DNA of 64,000 nt, taken from assembly GCA_000165425.1 (NCBI GenBank), contig CT868496.1, forward strand, positions 124,001-188,000, written 5' to 3'. The notes beneath the pieces are model-generated. The model ran no database searches. It had not been told where the DNA came from and was given only the letters and a program-made list of their open reading frames with translations. The translations under genes and the position numbers were made by a program. This DNA comes from Paramecium tetraurelia (lineage: Eukaryota). Below, one piece after another: positions 15,458-27,150 of the stretch; within the stretch, counting starts at the first letter, position 1; each line of letters starts with the position of its first letter.

Positions 15458-16455
15458 ATGATGACTTTTTCAATTAATTATGTTAATAAATCGGAGATAT
15501 ACAAAAATATTTTATAAGGGATTATAACATACTCAATACGTAATGCAGATGTGCAGACTGTACTCCCTATTTAAATTAATGATGGCAACCATATTGGCAC
15601 TCACCATCGATTGCGTGAGATGTGAACTGACCAATTGGATGTTGGCAGTGTTATTTCATTCTATTATAGCCTATGTGTATCATACTTACATGAGGATTAT
15701 CTTAAATAATATAGTAATGAACTTACCAATTTTAGTAAATTGTACTGTAAATAGCGGAAAGACTAAACCATTTGATCTAAGTAGAAGAGGTCGAAACAAA
15801 TGAATAATCGAATTGTCAATATTTGATACATGAAGATTTGGATCCATACTTGTATCTGAATTAGGAAGAGATGGATAGGAAGTAGAAGATCTTGGCAGTG
15901 TAGATTAGATACGAAGTTGTATCTAGATATTAATCATTGCGAATTTTGAGTATCATAACATTTTGGGTTACTCAGATATTAGTAGTTTGGGCTATAAGGT
16001 TGTAGATGCAGAATCCAGAAGATCCTGAATCGTATGATACATGTCTTAGATATGCAAATACATTCCAATTGGCCTTTGTGTTCTTGACAATCTATCAATA
16101 TTTGGACGTGTACATTTTAAGTCTATTAATTGTAATTGCTTTGCCCTTCTTGATACCAGTTAGGTTGTGGCATTAATTCAAGGAAAAAAAGTAAAACTAT
16201 GACAATCAGTAATCTCTTAAGGAACTGAAGAAGACATGCATTATGCTTTATCACTTCAAGAATATTTAAGGAGATTAAGAGTGTGGCATATGTATGCATA
16301 GTTATGTCACTGATGAAAAACTTCTTGTACTCCCATGCGATCCGAAACATCATTTTCATTTGTAATGCATCCAAGCATGGTTGCTCATCAATTCCACTTG
16401 TCCAAAATGCAGAGCAAGCTTTCTCAAATTTAACTAATAGCAGTAATAATAATGA
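15458..16455 (+). CDS. Multi-TM RING-H2 E3 ubiquitin ligase; start approximate
   Basis: Hydrophobic N-terminal segments; ECGICMHSY...LPCDPKHHFHLQCIQAWLLINSTCPKCR RING-H2; ends QQQQQQ-TGA. Confidence 0.88.
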
Positions 16456-16484
16456 TTATTATTGTTATCTTATATGATATTATT

Positions 16485-17483
16485 TCATAATGTTGCAGAT
16501 GCAATCTTTCTTTCCTTGTATTCTTCTATTAATTTCATCAAATGATTCATTGATCTCTGTGGATCCAAACCTTTAGGACAAGTGAATGAACACATTCCAA
16601 TATTCTAACAATCCTCAACCTTCACATCTTCGGCTAAATTTAATAAGATTTTTGAAATTACCTAATTTTTCAAGTCTCTCATCAGTGTACTCATCTCTTG
16701 AATCCACAATCCATCTGTAAGCCTACATCAACACTGCTGGACCAAGATATCTATCTGGATGCCACCAATAAGAAGGACAAGATGTCGAACAGCATGCACA
16801 TAACACACACTCGTAAAGACCATCAAGTAACTTTCTGTCTTCTACAGATTGAATATATTCCTTATTTCCTTCCTTATTTTAAATATAATAAATTCATTAC
16901 TTTTGGAGTCTTCCTCTTCAAATAAGGATCGATGGTCTTATATTGAGTGTAGAAATTGGTCATATCAACTACCAAGTCTTTGACTACAAACATGTGTCCC
17001 AATGGAGTGATGTAGGCTGGCTATGTCAAGTCAGTGTCAATAGCGTGAATACAAGCCAATTTATGAAGACCATTGCAATTCATTGAGCAAGATCCACAGA
17101 TGCCTTCTCTGCAGGATCTACGTAATGATAATGAGGAATCGTAATTGTCTTTAATGTATAACAATGCATCCAAGTACATTGGAGGTATCTTCTTCAAGTC
17201 AACATAATAGCTGACATACTTGGGGAAGTCATTCTCATCCTAAAATCTAAACATCTCAATATACAGCTGGATCGTATCTATAAATAAGGAATTGCTTCAT
17301 TTTTGACTTCTCCTCTGTTGTTAGTTTTGGATCGTGCTCCACCACATAGTTTATTTATTATATGCCTTTCACTGTACTAGAGACAGTGTCAAATAACCTT
17401 TTTGTAGCATCGTTACTGTCGTGATGATGTGTCCCATGCCAGAACATTGGTCTTCTGAACACTGTAGACAATCTCTAAAGCAT
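16485..17483 (-). CDS. SDHB: Succinate dehydrogenase iron-sulfur subunit
   Basis: [49 protein letters not shown]; basic mitochondrial presequence [11 protein letters not shown]. Confidence 0.96.
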
Positions 17484-17531
17484 AATTTAATTTATTCATT
17501 TCAATCTTCACAACACACAGTATTTATAAAA

Positions 17532-18030
17532 TCAATTTGTCTTCTATTCCTCCTACTTCCCTTCTTCCTCCTTCCCTTTCTAACTCTCCTCCTCCTTCCT
17601 TAACTTCTCCAAAATCTCCTTCTCATTAATATCTGGGAAATCCTTCATCAATTCGCATTTGGCATTGTGCAACATTGATTGAATATAAAATGATCCTCCC
17701 TTTACTGGATCGTTCTTGTGGAACTGTCTCCAATAAATCTTAATCCTCTATTTACGATTTTTACTTTTAAAATTTCTTCTGCATTAGTTTTCTCAGCTGT
17801 CAATTGCAATATTTTAAATGCTTCGTCTCTTGTCATAGGTTTGTGAGTCAAATTTGCTGCTTGCATCGTCTGATTCAAAAACTCGCTAAATGGATTTGCT
17901 GACTTTCCTCCTTACTCTAATCATTTTACACATGCATACATTTAGCACTCTGTTAATAAGCCTTCATAAAAGACTTGGCAAAGGTTGAGCCAACTTCAAT
18001 GATTAATTTGATAATGAGACGCTTAACCAT
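17532..18030 (-). CDS. PAM16: Mitochondrial import motor J-like subunit Pam16/Tim16
   Basis: FAKSFMKAYQQ, MTRDEAFKILQL, NDPVKGGSFYIQS signature. Confidence 0.9.
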
Positions 18031-18108
18031 TAATAAAATAAATTCTTATGATAAATTATTATTATAGAATAAACATCCCACTTTACATTTTGAGTACTTA
18101 TATAAGAT

Positions 18109-18169
18109 TAATAGACTTTTATCCTCTTTAATAGACTTTTATCCTCTCTAATAGATTTTACCTTCTTTA
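18109..18169. repeat. Short tandem repeat, 20-bp unit x ~3 (TAATAGACTTTTATCCTCTT)
   Basis: Two near-identical copies plus one degenerate copy in the divergent Pam16/RBR intergenic region. Confidence 0.85.
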
Positions 18170-18205
18170 AGAATAAACGATTAATATTTATTTTATTTAG
18201 CATAT

Positions 18206-19473
18206 ATGAGTTTAAAATCCAATCCATATATTTAGACACTTATAAACTTCATAAACTAACCAGAAAAAATAGTGGAGAACTCCGAGAGATTTGATGAGCT
18301 GATTACTAGGTTATGCTAATAGGAAATCGATCCCTAAATTGAATATGATGGATCAAATTTTTGTTGCCATTGCTTAGAATTCCTAGTTGAAAACAATTAC
18401 AAAAATTTACCCTGCGGACACAATGTTCATACTGAATGTTTCAAGACTTATTTGAGTGAGCAACCTTTTTATATTGAATCGATTGATACCTATTCATGTT
18501 GCAAAGAATCAGAAACATGTTCCTAAGTTTTAATTACAGACGAGGTTTCTAAATATATTCTAGGAGGAGAAGAGTTTAATAACTTGCGAAATTTGTACAC
18601 TTTAATTTTAAATAGGTATGTAATGGATTAAAATGATAATGATGATCCTTTTGATATCGATGAATTATAAAATGAGAATGGAAAATAAGCTGAAAACTAG
18701 TCTCTCAATGATTATGATGTAGCTAAGTAGATAGAATAATAAGAACAGGTTGAGAAAAGGTAAAATTATAAGAGAGCTACTTTTGATTGTGCAATTTGCT
18801 TTGAAAATTATGATTTGGAATAAGAAGCAATTACTCTAGATTGTGATCATAGATTTTGTAGACAGTGTATTAAAGAATAAATTTACAATTAAATGGATCT
18901 TGGAAATTTTAAAGAGAGTGATTTAGTTTGCCCTTTATGCAATCACCCAATAAATTTTTATATCATTTAAAATTGCACTCCGGATGTTAGTGCAAAAATC
19001 AATGACTTGAGGTATTTAAAAGTATTAATTTAATTTAAGGACTTAAAACTTAAAAATTGATTCTAAATATGAAAAAGTAGTGGTTTGCCCAGGTAGAGGT
19101 TGTCCAGCATCATATATTATATCTATATATCTAGAATTTCCAACCTGTACGAATTGTAAATTATAGTTTTGTGCAAATGGTTTTACAATAAATAATCCTT
19201 TTAGGTTGTGATAAGGCTCATTAAGGTATGACTTGCGAATAATTTAAACAGAAAACTAGAGCAAAGTAAGAGAAAGGTTTAGTTAACTGTCCTAAATGTA
19301 AAGTGTAAATTTTCAAGGACGGAGGATGCAATCATATGACTTGCAGATGTAAACATGAATTCTGTTATGTGTGTTCAAAGCCTTATAAACCAAAAAGAGA
19401 ATGTAATTGTCCATAGATGACCACCATTGAAAGATTTTTTGATAGAGTTAAAGGTTTTATTGGATCAAAATGA
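18206..19473 (+). CDS. RBR (RING-IBR-RING) E3 ubiquitin ligase
   Basis: Extra N-terminal RING-like motif ([15 protein letters not shown]); RING1 [37 protein letters not shown]2 [29 protein letters not shown] with catalytic Cys. Confidence 0.93.
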
Positions 19474-19535
19474 ATTTTATATTCTATAAATCTATGAACT
19501 AAATATTAATAATGTAATATGAAAATTTTCAATCT

Positions 19536-20120
19536 TCAATAATTATTGTTTGATCTGTTTCCTGCTCTTTTCTTGTATCCTCCTCCTGAATTGTCGCTCT
19601 CCTCTTCCTCTTATTATTTTCTTCTTCCTCCGTTGTTATTATAACTTCTTCCTCTGCCTCTGTTTGATTAGACATTGGGTCTCTCTGGATCTGCCACCTT
19701 TCTGTAAGAATCTCTAACCTAATTGCCTCCTGTGCCTCTTCCATATTCTCTCCCTTCAGAATATCCAATATCCCAATCCACTCTGATTGCTCTCTCATCC
19801 AATTTCAAGAGGTCCAAGTATTCATGAGCCTCCTTTGCATCTTCGTGATTGAAATATTCAATGAAGCAAAATCCAATAGCCTTTCCTGTTTCCTTATTTC
19901 TCCCCATAATTAATCTCCTCACTCCTGCTCCCACTCTGTTGAATAATTCAAATATTTATTCTTCGGTTGTGTAGATGGATAAATTTCCCAGGTACAATGT
20001 AGTTGATATTGAGAGTTTATAAAAATATTCTTCCCTTGTCAAATTCGAACTCTTGTCATAGTATTGACTTATCGGTTGTTGTAGATTTTCATATAAACTT
20101 GCAGCATTCAAATTACTCAT
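19536..20120 (-). CDS. NCBP2: Nuclear cap-binding protein subunit 2 (CBP20)
   Basis: STTLYLGNLSIYTTEEQIFELF, IMG..GFCFIEY, RAIRVDWDIGYSEGREYGRG.GG.QVRD. Confidence 0.95.
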
Positions 20121-20192
20121 TTGATTTAAATTATTGAAGTCAAACCATTTATATGTATAAATATAAATATAAAAATATCACCACCATTTATA

Positions 20193-20202
20193 ACACCCAT
20201 AA
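20193..20202 (+). promoter_or_regulatory. Ciliate snRNA/snoRNA-type upstream sequence element (ACACCCATAA)
   Basis: 9/10 match to the AAACCCATAA element known upstream of Tetrahymena small RNA genes; lies about 55 nt before the predicted snoRNA 5' end. Confidence 0.6.
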
Positions 20203-20251
20203 AATTATAAAGGAATATTAATATAAATAAATTAAATCCACTTAATAATTG

Positions 20252-20313
20252 TTATCATGATGACCAAGCATATGTCTGATCCTATGTGATCGATGTTAAA
20301 GGATTCTGAAATT
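20252..20313 (+). ncRNA. Box C/D snoRNA, SNORD27/snR74-type guide for 18S rRNA Am28
   Basis: Box C ATGATGA 20257-20263; guide CAAGCATATG 20265-20274 complementary to conserved 18S CAUAUGCUUG; D' CTGA 20276-20279 (D+5 rule hits yeast-numbered A28); box D CTGA 20306-20309; intergenic. Confidence 0.88.
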
Positions 20314-21370
20314 AAACTTTTTTATTAATTAATACAATCTCAATTTATTCGCTTCATAATAATTATTTATTTTTCAGTTTTATGATCAAATTACAGGAAA
20401 GTCATTTCGAAAACTTTATCCTCTAAACATAAAAAGACAATCTATTACGACAATTCCTCTGAAAACTGATCCTTTGTTCAATGTTGTTAGTAAAAAAGTA
20501 ATATTACAACAAAGCATCTGAATTACAAAGAGATATCAATTAAGATCAAACAAAAAATTGCATAATAGAACTAAAAATTAATATTAAAGTTTAAGGAGTG
20601 TTGAAATTATAAATTGGGTATATGTGTAAGGATATATTAAATTAATTGACCAATAAATTTAACATTGTCAACATTAAGATCAAATATGGATAAATAAATA
20701 TTTGAGAATATTATAAATTGATATTTTTGAATAAGAAAACAAAGCTTTCGTAAAAATAGCCAAGAATTTAGGCAATTTAGATGATAGTGGATTAAGTTAT
20801 ATCAATATATGCAGTTTTCTTTGGCAAAATTAACATAATATAGTCAAAATGAACAACTGGAATTTGGAATGAATATTTAGAAAAGAAAATAAATGGAATT
20901 TTAAAGGCTGAAATTATTATTAATTAGAATTTCAATTTGGAATCAAATTCAAGACAACAAATATTTGTAGTTACTAAGGTGAAGGAGGATCATCTAAAGG
21001 AGAATAAAATTTATATAAATATTTAACATCTAAAATTTAAACCGCAATATAAAAGTAAGCTAATTATTTCTATAATAGTAAAATTTGAATCATGCAGGAA
21101 AATTTGTAATTAATTTATCAATAATATTTGATTTGATATAAAGTATTGCTCCTCGATGATTCCACGTCCTTATACTCAGTTATTAGATTCTCTTTGATGA
21201 TTAGAATATTTTAAATAATGGAGAAAACATAAAATAATTATACAAAATTCTCATAATATATTCATTAATTGAATTGTATTTATCCAATATATTTTTGTTA
21301 AATAATGCACATATGCAATTATCTCAAATGCAATAGATAATAAATGAATTTTTCATACAAATTAAATTAA

Positions 21371-22051
21371 TCATTAAGGGGTTTCCTCATAAGTTAAGGA
21401 ATCTTATTTCATTAAAAAGTAGTCTTATAATTCTTTTGATATGCGATTTTGCTAGACATAATTTTGAACTTCCACATCTCTTCTTATTTATTATGAAGAT
21501 TGTAATATAAGATCAAGTTGTTTTTCAAATAGTCTTGAAAGCAAATTCATTTTCCCTATAACTGATGATTACCTTAGACAATTTGTATTGAGTTTAGTGC
21601 CACATTTACACTTTATTACTGGTTTTCCAGAATCAATTAATTTTTTTAAGTGTTCTTCCATGCAAAGATGATGATAGCAACAATTTTTATTACAATTTAG
21701 TTGGACGAATGTTAGAGAAATAAAGTCATCACATTTTGAACATTTTTTATTCTAACTTTTTAAGGCTTTATCATCATTTTTCAAGCCTTTATCTAAGCCT
21801 TTTTATTTTTTACCCTCTTCACTAATTTCTTTACCTAAAACTTTTGAATCATTATCATCTTTTTTTAAGTCCATTTCTATGTTCCGATAAATTTATTAGA
21901 TTTGGCCAGTATCTTAAGAAGTAAGTACTTATGAATTTTTTGCTCCAGATGCAATATTTTTCTTTGGCTGATCTATTGTTTCAGGTTTTTTCTCTATATC
22001 AATTGTGTTAATAGATGAAGAGTTGTCTTGTTTACATAAATTACTTCCCAT
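21371..22051 (-). CDS. Putatively N-acylated protein with one RBR-RING1-like Zn finger
   Basis: MGSNLC start; CSKC...CNKNCCYHHLC...IKCKCGTKLN; intronless code-6 ORF ending EETPQ-TGA. Confidence 0.75.
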
Positions 22052-22182
22052 TTGGATTAAATGATTATTTAATATTTATATTATTGAGTCTTAATGTGGA
22101 TATATCATACATATAAATTAATCAAATTATTATAATTGCACAATTATATTTATAAAAATATTTTTACTAATTGTTTTATAAA

Positions 22183-23310
22183 TCAATCTCCTCCTGGTGT
22201 TGAATAATTACTGAAGTATAGAAACCCTGATGAGCTATTGTAATCTTGATCAACTTGATATTAATTTTGATAATATAGATCCCATATTTAATCAAAATCA
22301 TCCAGATCCCTTAAATTTGGTAATATTTTTGATAATTATACTGAAAACAAATAGTTCAGCAATTTCAATCTAATTTAACTTTCAGGTATCCTTCTAATAA
22401 TATTAGTATTAATTTTAGTTCCGCATCTACACTTAATAATAGTGTTCTTTCTATCTAAAATTTGATATTATAACCAATTAACAAAGCAATCTTAATGATA
22501 TACGTGTCCACAATTAAATTTGAGCAGATCTTATTATAATTCTTTGCCACAATATAAGCAAATACTTACAATAAATAATTATTGCTAACTGATGTGTAAA
22601 ATACCACTTTGATCGATTACTAATTCAGTAATATTTTTTTAAAGTTTTTATTTTTTTTCTGCATATTGAAAATCATAGTCTTCTTTAGATGTATTTTATT
22701 CTATTTACTGTTAAATCTATTAGACATCACAAAACTTTCTAATATTGGAAGACTATATTAATTTTTATACCTAAAGTGAAAATATTTTATAAAGAATTTT
22801 AGATTTAATTTCATCATCTACTATTTATCTTAAGATGTTGGAGTTCAATTTAGTACCACATTTGCATTTAATTATGAATTTTTCCTTCTGTTATAATTAC
22901 TTTTCAATATTTTATATAAAGCAATCCTAATGAAAAATATGGTCGCAAACTATTTATATAATGGTATCTTCAATTAATTCATTGCATTCATAACAAACTT
23001 TATTTTACTTAAAATCATTTATTTGCCTTGTTAACTTCCCGGTTTAATCTATCCTTATCGATTCTAGTAATTATTATTAGTTTGCATTTATATCACCTTT
23101 TTTGGTGATTTTCTATGTTTATCCCTTTTATTAGATTTCATTAAATGAGAACTCCTCATGTTAATGTGTTTATTCTCCTTGCGATTAGATTGGTTTAGTA
23201 GTTATAAAGGGCTACTAATTTTATTTTTATTCCTTTGCATTACATTAGAGAATGCATTATTATTCCTTTTTTGGTTTTTATGAGGTAAAACTAGAAAGCA
23301 ATGTACCCAT
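22183..23310 (-). CDS. Putatively myristoylated protein with two RING1-like Zn fingers (paralog of neighbour)
   Basis: MGTLLS start; CYEC..CDHIFHQDC..IKCKCGTKLN and CLYC..CGHVYHQDC..IKCRCGTKIN; ends STPGGD-TGA. Confidence 0.78.
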
Positions 23311-24413
23311 TATTAATAAATTTTGATTAAAATATTAAGAAAAAATACACTAATTTTAATTAATTCGATGAATAAATGATTTCCTATCAATTGTGAATAG
23401 AGAAAAACAGGGTTTTTAATGATCTAGAAAAGGAGTTTTATATTTATTTCAATTAGAATATTGTTATTTACATTCTTAATAAAATTAAATTTAAGTATTT
23501 TTATTTCTAGGATACCCTACTTTCATTAACCTTATTATTTTTCTAAAATTTTAGATTTAAAAATAATTATTATAATCAAAAATCTTTCATTTATATCACA
23601 TTAGATAGAAATAATCTTGAAGTGATTCATATAATTTCTCAAGGTTTCTCCATCAGTTTGATAACGCTTAACAATGAGCATTTTCTATATTATAATATCT
23701 TTAAATTAAAAGGTAATTGAAACATTGATGCTAAAGAGTTATTTCTTTAAAACAAATCTTCTATTCTATTAAATCAATCCCAAGGTTATGGAATCTACTA
23801 TTTCAAATTTCATGAATTTTAAATATGATTTTCTAATCCTTATTAATTACAATAGAATATTTATTAAATAGATTGAATAGGATTTCCTCTTAATCACACT
23901 AAATTTTTAATTTTGATTGATTTGAGAATCAAAAGCAATATATTCTTATAAACATTAAATTGATTAATGTTGTATTTGATCACTATCCCTTCTTAGAATT
24001 TATATTCATTAATAATGATGATTTTACTCTTAATGAATAAGTTTAATTAATTAGTTTTTTGGTTTCAAGTTATCTTATTTCACCTTTCTCAGGGTATTTG
24101 ACTTTATTTAGTAAGACTGTTGGGAGTTCTCCTAAGATTTCGGGCTTAATGTTTGAGAATTTCTCATCAAATTTTAATTAAAATTATTAATAAATATAAA
24201 GGATGAAATTTAGTTATGGGCAGATATATCAGTTAAATAGGATGAATAGAATAGTAGATATTAAGAATGAAATAAAGGAAGATTGAATTTCATGAGTAGT
24301 TTTTCAAAGGCATTGTTGTTTTAGAATAAAGAAATGAGTAGAAAATTAAGAAAATGCATAGAATAAGACTTGATTATTTTATTATTATATTATATAAAAT
24401 TTAATAAGTTCAT

Positions 24414-26126
24414 ATGGGAAATTGTTTAAAAAGAAACTAAACTTAGTTATAATAAAATCAATAATGCCCAAAATGCCTTATGGTTTTTTTGGCGTAATCA
24501 AGTGCTCTTTAGGTAATTGTTTTAAAGCAAAATAGTACTAATAACATGTTACAAATTGTAGAGTTAGACAAATTTAAAATCCACCTGCTTAATTAAGAAA
24601 CGTTTAAGTTGGTGATGTGGTAATCGAGCCGAACCACCATCAGAATCCCAATCCTAATCCTAATCCAAATCCGAGAACCACTGTACTAAGATTATTTTTA
24701 TCATTCTAAGCCTCATTATATACAGGAAGATTTTTAGAATAGAAAATAAAAATATTATTGGTGCAAAGAATTATTGCCAGGATCCAAGATTAAATATAAA
24801 TGGAACAAGAAAGTATTTCAAACTTTATTTTAACTCAGTTAACTCCCCCAATGCCAGCTGCTAATGTTTCTGAAATGCTGGCCTTGCCGTGGGTTCAAAT
24901 TAAGAATTCTGAATTCCCTATCAAATAAACTTGGTTTCGATTATAATTAGAAAAAAAAAGAATTCCCTGGTAATAAGGAGCAGAAACTTTATCTGTAAAC
25001 AAAGAGAGTTTCTTAATGACAACACTGAATATGTATAAAGAAATTAACTGGCACAAAGAAGTTAAGGTTCATATTGATGGTGATAAAGTATTGGATGCAG
25101 GAGGACTCCTTAGAGAATGGGCTAATTTAATAATGAAGGAGATTATACACCCAGAATCAGGTATGTTTTAAATAGCAGATTGCGATGATGTATCTTATAA
25201 AATCAATTCTGAAGCAGATACGGACGAACATATTATAGATTGTTTTAAATTATTAGGAATTGTTGTAGGTAAATGTATATTTGAGAGGATACCTTTGAAT
25301 ATTTATTTTGATAGATCAATAATTAAGCATATAATAGGCTAGCCTATTTTTTTGGAAGACATTTACTATTACGATAGATAAGTATTGACAATTTAAAATT
25401 TAGTTATATTAATCTTGGGATTTTTTAGTTAATAATAAATTTGAAGCTGATGACTTATCGGAGTATTTCGTTGTTTATAGATAAAGTAAAAGAGATTACT
25501 ATGAATTGAAATAGGGAGGATAAAATATTTAGTTGGACATGGATAATTGCCAAGATTACGTTAATCTGTGGTAGATATATAAGTTAATTTAGCATTGAAT
25601 ATTATACGTATCTATCAGTGAAGCCGTTTTTGACTGCTTTCTTGTCATCCTTATATAGTGTATTCAATTAGTGTTTAATGATTAGATAATTCCTAAATAA
25701 CTTCTTAGCTTACTTGAACCTTTAGAATTAGAAATGATCCTATATGGAACGCCTTTTATTGATATTAATGATTGGAGAGATAATACTGATTATAAAGGTG
25801 CTTATTACAGGACTCATTAAACGATTTAATGGTTTTGGGAAATTTTGGAATAATTAGATTAATTTAATCTTGCCAAATTTTTATAATTTTGTACTGGTTC
25901 GACTCGAACACCAGTAGAAGGATTCAGAAAGCTAGAAAGCAACAGAGGAAACTGTTCTAAGTTTTGTGTCGAAAGTGTACCCTTCACTAAGGCTAGTCCT
26001 TACCCAAAAGCACATACTTGTTTTAATAGATTGGAATTGCCAATGTATGAAACTAGAGAAGATATCGAATAACATTTGAAAGCAGTAATACAGGCTGATT
26101 TGGATGGATAATTTGGAATGGAATGA
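24414..26126 (+). CDS. HECT E3 ubiquitin ligase with N-terminal acylation motif and C2HC (UBZ-like) finger
   Basis: MGNCL; CPKC..F...HVTNC; DAGGLLREW, QWFWEIL, FCTGSTRTPVEGF, PKAHTCFNRLELP (catalytic Cys), FGME-TGA. Confidence 0.93.
24644..24673 (+). repeat. Coding hexamer repeat (AATCCN)x5 = NPNPNPNPNP
   Basis: aatcccaatcctaatcctaatccaaatccg inside the HECT gene linker. Confidence 0.8.
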
Positions 26127-26164
26127 TATTTTAATTCAATATTATATAATTAATAATTTAAAAT

Positions 26165-26664
26165 ATGCAAAGTTATTTACCTGAGGATTCATAAATAAAT
26201 AATAATGAATAGCCAAAGAAAATTAAAAAAAAAAACAAATTTGATTATCACAGAAAAAAAAGGAGAAGTTCTGATGCTTCCAATACTAAAAAATCAAGTT
26301 AGAAATTCACACTGGAGGAAGATAAGCTTATTCTACAGTTAGTTCTAAATGTCGGTCCTAAGTTTTAAAAAATTCATAAGCACTTTCCAGGAAAAACTCT
26401 GGCCATGGTAAAGAATAGATATTACAAATATCTTCGATATAGGTGGGAGATCTTGGGATAGTATTTGTTTAAAATATTTTTAGAAACTACAAACATCTAA
26501 GTCTTCCATAGGATTCTTATGAAAATTTGTGTGAATAACAAAAAATAATAAGTGATCAACTTGAGGAGGAAAAGAGCGACTTAATAGCGTAAGTTTTCTC
26601 ACATACAAAACTACTTTCAAATGCTCGCATGTTTGTTGAATATCTAATTGAACAATTATTATGA
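26165..26664 (+). CDS. Single Myb/SANT-domain protein
   Basis: KFTLEEDKLILQLVLNVGPKFQKIHKHFPGKTLAMVKNRYYKYLR; basic NLS HRKKRRS; one intron. Confidence 0.88.
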
Positions 26665-27150
26665 ATTCATTATAGTCCTTTACATATAATCATATATAAG
26701 AACTATACTACATCATTATACTATTGCTTACCTTAAAATATACTAAAATCTTGAAAAACACCAATTTAACAATAATTTTTAGCATGAACAAGTTTACATT
26801 CTCCAATGTCTTTTAGTTATTGTAATAAGCGATTATTTAGTAATTGAATACCTGGAATCAAAGTAATTTGTTTCTAATTTCAAATATTATAAACAACAAT
26901 ATTATTATACACAAAAAATCAATGTAATAAAAATAATAACATTAATATTAATATACAACTAATAATATTATTATGATTAATTTCTATGGTTTCAAATTAT
27001 AGAGACCAAACCTTTATATTATTGAATTTAAGAAAGTTGAAATTGATTTCTACATATATTAACGTTGATAAATCAAATTTGAACAACGCATAAGTTAAAT
27101 CTCTATTTTTTAGTAAATAATGTCCTTAATTGAATTTTTGTAAATTAATA

